Source: a virus. From it: DNA of 64,000 nucleotides. Under the pieces are notes generated by a model. The model saw nothing but the letters and a program-made list of their open reading frames with translations, had not been told where the DNA came from and made no database searches. The DNA is taken from positions 32,001 to 96,000 of the IMG/VR virus record IMGVR_UViG_3300042890_006166; one strand, given 5' to 3'. The position numbers and the translations under genes are program-made. Positions 17,625 to 25,425 of the stretch are shown here, piece by piece (the stretch's first letter is position 1; each line of letters begins with the position of its first letter).

Positions 17625-18750
17625 CATTCTTATAGACGGAAATTACATTTTCCACAAGACTTTTGGAATCTTCGGAGGTTATGGATCAAAAGACCCAGGA
17701 GAGGTTCTAAAAACTAAAAACGATCAGGCTATGTTTATCCGAAAGATAGCCACGGATCTTTGTGCTGCTTTAAGAGAATTGCCCACGGGAGGAAGACTAG
17801 TTTTCACAGCAGATTCCAGAAGTTGGAGAAAAGACGTTGAAATTGAAGGTGGAGGTTACAAGTCTAAAAGGGTTAAAGACGAAACCGTAGATTGGTCTAT
17901 CTTTTTCAATTTGCTTGATTCTTTTGGTAGACAACTGGAAAAAATGGGATTTATTTATTCTCGGGCGGACGGCGCCGAGGGAGATGATCTTTTGTATTTC
18001 TGGGCAGACTATTTTACAACTAAAGGTCAAAATTGTATTATTGTTTCCGGAGATAAAGATCTTCACCAACTTGCCCGTTGGAAGGGGGAGAATTGGACCA
18101 TAGTGTGGTCCAATAATTCCAAAAATAATGTTGTTTCTTCCCCCGTAGACTGGAAGAAAAATTGGCTAGAACAACAGGAACAAGTTTCAATTTTTGAAAT
18201 GTCTGAAGCGATTCAACCAGATAAAAGTAAACTTAAAAAATGGATTGAAAACCTTGTTCTGAATGAAATCACTCCTCGTGATTTTATTTTTGTTAAAATG
18301 CTAATTGGAGACGATGGAGACGATGTTCCTGGGGTGTGGAACTTCGAGGCCACACCTGGTAAGATCTCCAGAATGACACCCAAAAGGGCAGAGCAACTTT
18401 TGGAATCCCTTCAGCATTCAAAATGGGCTAAATCTTCTTTCCAGGATCTGCTAATTGATGATGAATTTTTAGATTGGTCAGCAGGTTACATTTTAAGATT
18501 GACTAAAGATGTTGACTCAAAAGAAAACAGACAGAAAGCTTCTCAAAATTTGCTTCGAAACTATAAACTCATGTGGTTGGATAAAATGGTTATGCCAGAA
18601 TGGGTAATATCAAATGTCGTAGCCGAAATTAAGCGTGGTATAAATTTGGATCGAAGATCTATCACGTTAGATAGAATTAAAATTTTAGAAGGGACCGAAT
18701 GGGTTACTGCTACATCCATTCCTAAAATGTACAACCCATTTCCTGATTAA
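17617..18750 (+). CDS. rnh: 5'-3' exonuclease / T4 RNase H-like
   Basis: ILIDGNY, ADSRSWRK, YKSKR, EGDD, SGDKD.HQL, LIGDDGDDVPG. Confidence 0.9.
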   Translation: MINILIDGNYIFHKTFGIFGGYGSKDPGEVLKTKNDQAMFIRKIATDLCAALRELPTGGRLVFTADSRSWRKDVEIEGGGYKSKRVKDETVDWSIFFNLLDSFGRQLEKMGFIYSRADGAEGDDLLYFWADYFTTKGQNCIIVSGDKDLHQLARWKGENWTIVWSNNSKNNVVSSPVDWKKNWLEQQEQVSIFEMSEAIQPDKSKLKKWIENLVLNEITPRDFIFVKMLIGDDGDDVPGVWNFEATPGKISRMTPKRAEQLLESLQHSKWAKSSFQDLLIDDEFLDWSAGYILRLTKDVDSKENRQKASQNLLRNYKLMWLDKMVMPEWVISNVVAEIKRGINLDRRSITLDRIKILEGTEWVTATSIPKMYNPFPD

Positions 18751-18752
18751 TT

Positions 18753-19187
18753 ATGGAATTGTTCGATGTCGTTAAAGCTATTTTTGGACCTTCCAAAATC
18801 TGGGAATCTGTCGGAAAGGCAGATAAGGTCAGAAATTTCTTTATGATTAACCGTTTTATGGCCATTCAATTTCCTAACCAAGCCCACGAATTTAACAACA
18901 CAAAGATTGTTCCTGAACAGGTTTTGAACTGGTGGCACTCTGTCCTTTCACTTAAGTTTGGTAAAGCACCAAAGTGGATATACACCACAACTTCTAAAAA
19001 GGACCAAAAAAAATCTGACCAAAAGTCACAAAATTTTCAGGAAGTAGAAGATTTCATAAGATACCGATATGAACTCAGTAAAAGAGAGCTTCAAGAATTG
19101 AAACAATTTTTTCCTACTGAATATCATGATTGGATGAAATCACTTTCCCAGCAGATGGGGAAGGAAAATCAGAAAAAGGATATATAA
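18753..19187 (+). CDS. Putative gp62-like clamp loader subunit
   Basis: FMINRF...AHEFN.......W....K..KWI pattern resembles gp62; close to gp44. Confidence 0.5.
   Translation: MELFDVVKAIFGPSKIWESVGKADKVRNFFMINRFMAIQFPNQAHEFNNTKIVPEQVLNWWHSVLSLKFGKAPKWIYTTTSKKDQKKSDQKSQNFQEVEDFIRYRYELSKRELQELKQFFPTEYHDWMKSLSQQMGKENQKKDI
19179..19186 (+). promoter_or_regulatory. Putative late promoter GATATATA overlapping a stop codon
   Basis: GAT ATA TAA: the motif forms the last two codons and stop of the upstream ORF. Confidence 0.6.
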
Positions 19188-19210
19188 GATAGAAAATAAT
19201 TTTTCAAGCC

Positions 19211-19747
19211 ATGGAGAAAGGTATTCAAAAAATTGTCGACAAGCTAGTTCAAAGTTTGGACTGGGATTCTATCCTTTTGATTCACCAGGCATTTAAGCAT
19301 GGAACAGGTCAGGGGAGCGAGGTTATCCCGGGTTTGAAAAGAAAAAATTACGACCAAAATTTAGGAATTAAAGACCTAAAACACGAGCTCAAAACTATTT
19401 TGAAGTATGTGGTAGAAAACGACTATCAGTCTTTCACCTATGGTAATTGGATTGTTACTTGGTACAATCAACAGTGGAACGATGAAACTGTTATTGAAAC
19501 CTTAAGTCAGGAAGACGAAGAATTTGAATTGGAAATAGAAATGCCTAACACTAAGCTAGAGGTAATTTATGCTCCTCAAAGGATTTGTATAACAATGAAT
19601 ACTGGTGAAAGTTCAGGTCAATCAGCACCCTCTGATATAAACACACTCAAGATCATGTTGGAAAATGCTCTTTCAGAGGAAAACTACGAGATGGCACAAA
19701 AGATTCAAGACATTCTTAAAATGTCCCAAAAACCAGAGGAGATTTAA
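19211..19747 (+). CDS. Hypothetical protein with C-terminal UVR (UvrB/UvrC) motif
   Basis: LKIMLENALSEENYEMAQKIQDILK at the C-terminus. Confidence 0.7.
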   Translation: MEKGIQKIVDKLVQSLDWDSILLIHQAFKHGTGQGSEVIPGLKRKNYDQNLGIKDLKHELKTILKYVVENDYQSFTYGNWIVTWYNQQWNDETVIETLSQEDEEFELEIEMPNTKLEVIYAPQRICITMNTGESSGQSAPSDINTLKIMLENALSEENYEMAQKIQDILKMSQKPEEI

Positions 19748-19755
19748 GATACATA
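19748..19755 (+). promoter_or_regulatory. Late promoter variant GATACATA
   Basis: One mismatch to GATATATA, 16 nt before the TTG start. Confidence 0.45.
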
Positions 19756-19771
19756 TAAAAAAAGTTGTCTC

Positions 19772-20254
19772 TTGAAGTACATTCTCACCCTAAATGAATT
19801 TTTTGACACTGGAGTTTTTGGCGACACCTATGGATACGGCGGAGCCAACGGTATTTTCAAGGTTCAATATAAGCCATACAAGGATCTTTCTGTTAGTGTA
19901 GGACCAGACCCAAGAGTTCCTAGAAACATTCCTGGTTCTAAATTTCAAGTGGGTGATATTGTCATAGGAGTACCCATAAATGGTGATAAGAAGGTGGCGG
20001 GCATGGTTGTTAAAAATGTATTGGCCCCAGATCACAAATCATATCGTTTTTTTGTTCAGATTCACACCAAAGGTAAAAAGGATCAAAAAGTTCTAGAACT
20101 AAAGCCTGACACGGTCGAGTTCGTAGACATGGGAGACAAAGGTCACCGTCAAGTTGTATCCCAGTATAAATTCAACGATATGCCAGGTGATGCCTACAAC
20201 TCTAAAACTGTTTACACCAATCCTGGTTTAGGAATTGAAGCAGTCGGAAGTTGA
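19772..20254 (+). CDS. Putative internal head protein with SH3/KOW-like domain (TTG start)
   Basis: N-terminal MKYILTLNEFF propeptide-like motif; FQVGDIVIG...GMVV SH3-like segment. Confidence 0.6.
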   Translation: MKYILTLNEFFDTGVFGDTYGYGGANGIFKVQYKPYKDLSVSVGPDPRVPRNIPGSKFQVGDIVIGVPINGDKKVAGMVVKNVLAPDHKSYRFFVQIHTKGKKDQKVLELKPDTVEFVDMGDKGHRQVVSQYKFNDMPGDAYNSKTVYTNPGLGIEAVGS

Positions 20255-20282
20255 GAAACTTTTATTTGTTCTTCCTGTAAAG
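20255..20282 (+). promoter_or_regulatory. Putative middle (ECF-type) promoter GAAAC-N18-TAAAG
   Basis: Just upstream of the ATG at 20289. Confidence 0.45.
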
Positions 20283-20288
20283 CACAGG

Positions 20289-21170
20289 ATGATTTTAAGC
20301 AAAACCCCACACAAATTAGGTTCTATTGCTGGGAGCTTGAATTTTCCAAAGTCTGGAGAAATATCGGCTGCTGAATTTTTAAAATCTATCTCAGAAACAG
20401 TTGAAAAACATGTAAAGAATGGTATAGATGTTACCTGTTTTCAATTATCGGAATCCAATTTAAATTTTCCAGATTTTTCCGATTTGGAAGAGGAACATCC
20501 AGATCTTATTTCACTCGACGAATTGAGCCAACGAATTAGGATTCAGGGTCATCGAATTTTATTTTTTCTATCTTCATATTTTTTCTTGGGATCAAAATTG
20601 CCAGATTCGGTTGAACAAACCCACACGATGATTGGCAAGCTGGCCTCTTTGGTAGAAGGTCTTGGCATATCTGAACCCTGTATTTTACTTCGTGTTGGTA
20701 GTGCCTATGGAAACCGAAAAGAAACTTCCCAAAGATTTTGCCAAGAGATTTCAAAATTTCCAATCACAATCAGGAATATGTTGGCAGTCACGAACGACGA
20801 CAAGCCAAGTTTATTTTCTGTGACCGATTTGTTATCTGGGGTTTTTTATCCGGCAAAAATTCCAATATGTTTTAGATCTCTGGCTCATCAATTTAATTCA
20901 GGGGGTTTGAATTTCAGGGAGGCACTTTTTTTATCATGTTCCACTTGGGAAGCTCCACACAAACCAATTTATTTTCACGGGGAAAGTTCCATGATAGATG
21001 ATAAGGGGATTTCCCTTTCGGCTTCCCCTGCACAACGTTTATCGCACAGAATTCCAACCTTTGGATTAGATGTAGATGTAGTTGTAGAATCACCCGATTC
21101 ATTTAAATCATGTCTTTTATATTTGTCTCAGCATAAATCTTTAATCCCATTAGTAATACCGAAAATTTGA
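20289..21170 (+). CDS. UvsE/UVDE-like TIM-barrel protein, apparently catalytically degenerate
   Basis: GSAYGNR.ET..RF, L..TNDDK.S.FSV.DL, IP.CF, AL.....TW...P..F.GES follow the UV damage endonuclease pattern, but metal ligands are replaced; start placed at ATG 20289. Confidence 0.7.
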   Translation: MILSKTPHKLGSIAGSLNFPKSGEISAAEFLKSISETVEKHVKNGIDVTCFQLSESNLNFPDFSDLEEEHPDLISLDELSQRIRIQGHRILFFLSSYFFLGSKLPDSVEQTHTMIGKLASLVEGLGISEPCILLRVGSAYGNRKETSQRFCQEISKFPITIRNMLAVTNDDKPSLFSVTDLLSGVFYPAKIPICFRSLAHQFNSGGLNFREALFLSCSTWEAPHKPIYFHGESSMIDDKGISLSASPAQRLSHRIPTFGLDVDVVVESPDSFKSCLLYLSQHKSLIPLVIPKI

Positions 21171-21185
21171 TTCAAAATAAAAATT

Positions 21186-21887
21186 ATGATTCCAATTAGT
21201 ACCTTAAAAAATTGTTTGTTCTTTGATGTTGAAACTGCCGGATGGTGCCCAAATCTAGAATGTCTTCGGGAAGAAAATCCAAGATTGGCTAAACTTTGGG
21301 AAAGAAGAGTGAAGTACTACAAATCATATCCTGAATTCCAAAATGCCACAAGTGATGAAATTTATTTGCAGAAAGCGGGTCTTGAGCCAGAATATTCAAG
21401 AATCGTGTGTGTTTCTTTTGGTATGATCAATGAGGATGAGACATTTAAATTTGTTTCCTTTTATGGGGAGGACGAGGAAGACATTTTAATTAAAACCAAA
21501 AAAGTTTTTGTTAACTCCTCGACTAAAAACATGAAATTAGCTGGACACAATATCAAGGGATTCGATGTGCCATGTGTGGGTAAAAGAATGATGTACAATG
21601 GTATTCAACCACCTAGCAATTTGGTGGTCTGGGATAAGAAACCTTGGGAAATTCCCTATTTAGATACCTCAGAAATTTTTGCATTTGGAAGCTGGAGTCA
21701 ACAAAAATACTTGAGTTTAGATTTACTTTCTTGTTCTCTGGGTGTTGAATCCCCAAAAGAAGATATAGATGGATCACAGGTTCATTTCACCTTCTGGGAA
21801 GAAAAAGACATTGAAAAAATTAAGATCTACTGTGAGAAGGACGTTGAAACGGTAATTAAGGTTTTACTCACAGCGAGTAAAATGTAA
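21186..21887 (+). CDS. DnaQ-like 3'-5' exonuclease (PolB-like exo family)
   Basis: ExoI FFDVET, ExoII GHNIKGFDVP, ExoIII YCEKDV. Confidence 0.88.
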   Translation: MIPISTLKNCLFFDVETAGWCPNLECLREENPRLAKLWERRVKYYKSYPEFQNATSDEIYLQKAGLEPEYSRIVCVSFGMINEDETFKFVSFYGEDEEDILIKTKKVFVNSSTKNMKLAGHNIKGFDVPCVGKRMMYNGIQPPSNLVVWDKKPWEIPYLDTSEIFAFGSWSQQKYLSLDLLSCSLGVESPKEDIDGSQVHFTFWEEKDIEKIKIYCEKDVETVIKVLLTASKM

Positions 21888-21908
21888 ATCTTGTTCGGAA
21901 TTTATTTG

Positions 21909-21916
21909 GATATATA
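21909..21916 (+). promoter_or_regulatory. Putative late promoter GATATATA
   Basis: Intergenic, upstream of ORF 21938. Confidence 0.65.
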
Positions 21917-21937
21917 GTCCAAATAAATGTCCGGATT

Positions 21938-22708
21938 TTGGGATTTTCTGTTTCAAACTTTGATGAATTTTTAGGTGAAAATGATTTGGGCCGTGCCCAA
22001 TCATCTCCTGTACTTTCTCCAAAAATATGGGATAAATATAAACATCATTCTGGCCAAATTAAATGGGATTTAGATCCCATTGTAAGAAAAAAATTACTTC
22101 GAATATCCGAAACATTCGTCCAAAATGTTGAGGATTCAATTGGTCATAAATGTGAAGTTTCGGATGTTCGTTTAGTAGGTCCCATGTGTGGACCGAAATA
22201 TACTGAGGATTCACCTTTAGAAATTGAGATTGTTTTTGATTTGGATTCGCACAGCGAATCCAAAGGATTGGTGGCAGAAAAAATAAACCACCAGGCTTTT
22301 TTGTGGCATTCAAATCCAGAAACTACTTTAAGGGGACATGAGGTTGAACTTGAGGTTTTAGGCGAAGGGGAATCCCTATCTAAATCTGGTGTTTATTCTT
22401 TGAAAGAATCTAAATGGAAAAAGTTACCCAATTTGGAAGAAAATGAAAATTTCGATCTAGACGAAAAAAGCGCCATCAATGTTTGTTATCTACTAGAAAA
22501 GTTAGAAAGAATCCAAAATTCTGAATTTACAGATCCTAAAGTCGAAAAACAGATTATTAAAAAAGTTCAGGCTAAACTTGGTAAACTAAGAAAAAAAGCT
22601 TTCGATGGAAATTCCAAAACTTTGTTAGAAAGTTCATCTTATCATAAGCTCCTTAAAGGTGGATACATAAAGAGGCTTGTTAAAATCCTAGATCTGAAAC
22701 ATAAATAA
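21938..22708 (+). CDS. Nucleotidyltransferase-fold protein, degenerate active site; putative internal head protein (non-ATG start)
   Basis: VRKKLL.I...F..., DVRLVG, G.EVEL, SGVYSL...W...P follow phage Pol-beta-superfamily NTases, but GS..DxD is replaced by GP..PLEIE; N-terminal SNFDEFLGE motif. Confidence 0.55.
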   Translation: MGFSVSNFDEFLGENDLGRAQSSPVLSPKIWDKYKHHSGQIKWDLDPIVRKKLLRISETFVQNVEDSIGHKCEVSDVRLVGPMCGPKYTEDSPLEIEIVFDLDSHSESKGLVAEKINHQAFLWHSNPETTLRGHEVELEVLGEGESLSKSGVYSLKESKWKKLPNLEENENFDLDEKSAINVCYLLEKLERIQNSEFTDPKVEKQIIKKVQAKLGKLRKKAFDGNSKTLLESSSYHKLLKGGYIKRLVKILDLKHK

Positions 22709-22717
22709 TAATAAAAT

Positions 22718-25360
22718 ATGATTTTACTTTTTAAAAAAAATTCGACTTTCACTGCAAGTCAAGATCCGGATTCACCCGGATCAGTTTTCCCTATTATTTC
22801 CTTCCCTACTAGCGTAGAGGGAACGCCCACCGATCTTAATGATTTTCAGTGGTGGTCATACACAGATAAATGGCAACAATGGTTGAAAAAAAATCCTAGA
22901 AGTTGGACTGCAGAAGCAGAATCATATTTTGACGTTGGTCAATCTTTGTTAGAAGATTTTGAAGAGGTAGAAGATTTCTATCGTCAATTTTTTGATTTTC
23001 AAAAAAATTCAATAATTAATTCGGGCCGAATTTCTGGATTCGATGAATTTTTAAAAGTTTATGAAGCGGAGGAAAATACAGGAAACTCCAAAGAAAGAGC
23101 CACAAAATTCATGTATGCGGTCGAACAACTACAAAAAAACGGAGTACTAAAGGACACATTGCAACTCGATACATTAAAGGAAGAAGAAGATTATGCAATT
23201 GTTTTTGATCCGTTTGACGAGTCTGGAAGTCCAGTACCAGAAGGAAGACAGGCAATAAAATTCAAGAAAATTAAGGACACCCCAAAATTAGTAATAGGTG
23301 AGATGACCTATTCAATTCCACTGGGGACAGAACCAAAAACAGATGCTAAAGCTTATTTGTTGGACGTTGCTGAATTTACTTCTAAAGTATTAACTGCAGG
23401 TATTGGTTTAGCTGCAGTTGTCGTAGCATCAAAAGTAGCAGGTTCTGTAGCCGCATCTATGTTTTTATGGAAAAAAGCTAAAGGAATTTTTAAGGGGACA
23501 GAAAGGGTTAAATCTATTGCTCAGAAAGGAACTTGGGAATCAATCAAAAATTTTTTTGGTGGTGGTCCTTCGTTAGAAGGTAAAACAGTTAAACTACCAA
23601 ATGGGGTATTTGTAAAAGATGGTGTTCCTTATGTTAAGAGGGGCGGAAAAACCATAAAGCTTGCTGGAGCGGTTGGAAAAAATGCCATGAACAGAGCTAA
23701 AATTAAATTGTCTGGTAAGGTAGCTGGGAAGGGAGCAGCCAAAGCAGGATCTAAACTTCTTGGCAGAGGAGTTACTAAATTTTTAGGACCGATTGGACTT
23801 GGACTTGCTGCAGTGGACATTATTCAATCTTCTTACAATTGGTTTTCAAGTAAACAAGCTCCCAGGTATGGAGAGGTAGATGATTTCGCATCCAAAGTAT
23901 TTGAACCTGGAAAAATTCAAATTGGTAAACCAATCACAGTGTGTTGGACGAATGATGCTGGAGGAGGATGGGCTTCTTATATATTTTCAACTGACACCAG
24001 GACAACCATGGACTTGATTAAAATATTAGAAATCGACGGATTATCTTATTTTATGTTGATTGATGTTCATTCCAAAGAATTAAAAAAATTGGTAACTGAG
24101 AATGAGCTCGTTTTACTAGTTTTTAATGAGAATGATAAATTCGAACATGGGGTTTTAGATAATGATGATCTAGAATTTGAAATGGTTGCTTTACAGAATA
24201 TGGATGATTACAAGATGGCAACTTCTTTTGTAGGATATTGTGATTGGGATGAGATGGAAAAAGCTTATCAAGAAGCTCCAGACAAAACTTATTATGTACC
24301 AGAAGGAGCTCCAGAATCTTATGAATTTAATTTCCAAAACCAAGGTGGGAACAAATTGAATGTTTCCGGAAAACTTTTATCCGAATCTGAGTTGGATAAT
24401 TTGGGGGTCGAAAGATTTTTACCTGACTTTGCTGGGCAAGGTAATTCTGATATGAAAGAGAATAATAATTTCTTGGCGGAAACTTCGAAATTTTTAAATG
24501 AAAAAACATCTACACTCTCTTTTGATGAATTTAATTTCATCTTTGAAGCAACAAATTCTCGAGGTGATAGCGAATCTTCAGAAGATACAGAATCAACAGA
24601 AAAAGAGAAAAATAGTTCGAAAAAATCTAATATCCCTGATGTAGAAGATCTGGAAAAACAATGGATTGAGGATTATGAAAGGTCAGAAAAAATCCAAAAT
24701 CAAAAAGAAAAATCCAATGAAAACCAAGAAAATTCAACTTATTCTAGATTGTCACTCCCAATTTATCAGATAAATACAATAGAATTTGTTGATCCCGAAG
24801 TTAAAGACAGAAAGCCGGAAATTAAATATTTTGTAGTTGGTGATGAAAGTTTAGAAGCTTCCCCTGGTGATCCTATCGTAGTTGAAGTTACATCAAACGA
24901 TCCTGTTTATAATCCTCGTTTTGGACTTGCAACTTACGAAAAGCCTAAAGAAGTGGAAGAACCAGAAGAAGAGGAAGAAATAGCTCCGCTTCAGCCTGGT
25001 CCAGAAGACGGAGAAGATGAAAAAGTGAAGGCATCCCCGAAAGATGTAAGCATAGTTGATAGGAAAAGAAGATTAATCATTAAAGATGACCCGTCTGGGG
25101 AGGCAGGAGAAGACGTGAATGTAGCAGAAGAATTTTTAACTCCAGATCAACGAAAAGAATTAGGAATTGAAAATTGGAAAACCGTTACAAAAGTTACATT
25201 GGTTTATGATAGAGATAAAAAGCCAACCAAGGTGATTTTGAAAAACAAAGAGGCAGGAATTCTAGGAGATAGAGTCAGAAGAATAAAAAGGGGACAAGCA
25301 GGTTTTGACGCCGCTGTAAAATTTGCAGAAGAAATTAAAGATAGAATTTCTTACAAATAA
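22718..25360 (+). CDS. Large putative ejection/internal head protein with hydrophobic helices
   Basis: VLTAGIGLAAVVVASKVAGSVAASMFLW and a G/A/K-rich amphipathic stretch ending GPIGLGLAAVDII; internal FDEF..(Y/F)EA motifs. Confidence 0.55.
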   Translation: MILLFKKNSTFTASQDPDSPGSVFPIISFPTSVEGTPTDLNDFQWWSYTDKWQQWLKKNPRSWTAEAESYFDVGQSLLEDFEEVEDFYRQFFDFQKNSIINSGRISGFDEFLKVYEAEENTGNSKERATKFMYAVEQLQKNGVLKDTLQLDTLKEEEDYAIVFDPFDESGSPVPEGRQAIKFKKIKDTPKLVIGEMTYSIPLGTEPKTDAKAYLLDVAEFTSKVLTAGIGLAAVVVASKVAGSVAASMFLWKKAKGIFKGTERVKSIAQKGTWESIKNFFGGGPSLEGKTVKLPNGVFVKDGVPYVKRGGKTIKLAGAVGKNAMNRAKIKLSGKVAGKGAAKAGSKLLGRGVTKFLGPIGLGLAAVDIIQSSYNWFSSKQAPRYGEVDDFASKVFEPGKIQIGKPITVCWTNDAGGGWASYIFSTDTRTTMDLIKILEIDGLSYFMLIDVHSKELKKLVTENELVLLVFNENDKFEHGVLDNDDLEFEMVALQNMDDYKMATSFVGYCDWDEMEKAYQEAPDKTYYVPEGAPESYEFNFQNQGGNKLNVSGKLLSESELDNLGVERFLPDFAGQGNSDMKENNNFLAETSKFLNEKTSTLSFDEFNFIFEATNSRGDSESSEDTESTEKEKNSSKKSNIPDVEDLEKQWIEDYERSEKIQNQKEKSNENQENSTYSRLSLPIYQINTIEFVDPEVKDRKPEIKYFVVGDESLEASPGDPIVVEVTSNDPVYNPRFGLATYEKPKEVEEPEEEEEIAPLQPGPEDGEDEKVKASPKDVSIVDRKRRLIIKDDPSGEAGEDVNVAEEFLTPDQRKELGIENWKTVTKVTLVYDRDKKPTKVILKNKEAGILGDRVRRIKRGQAGFDAAVKFAEEIKDRISYK

Positions 25361-25401
25361 TTAACAAGTGTTAAAAACTCAAAATTTTGTAAAGTTATTT
25401 T

Positions 25402-25409
25402 GATATATA
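25402..25409 (+). promoter_or_regulatory. Putative late promoter GATATATA
   Basis: Intergenic, 16 nt before the protease ATG. Confidence 0.75.
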
Positions 25410-25425
25410 AGAGATAAAAAAAAGA

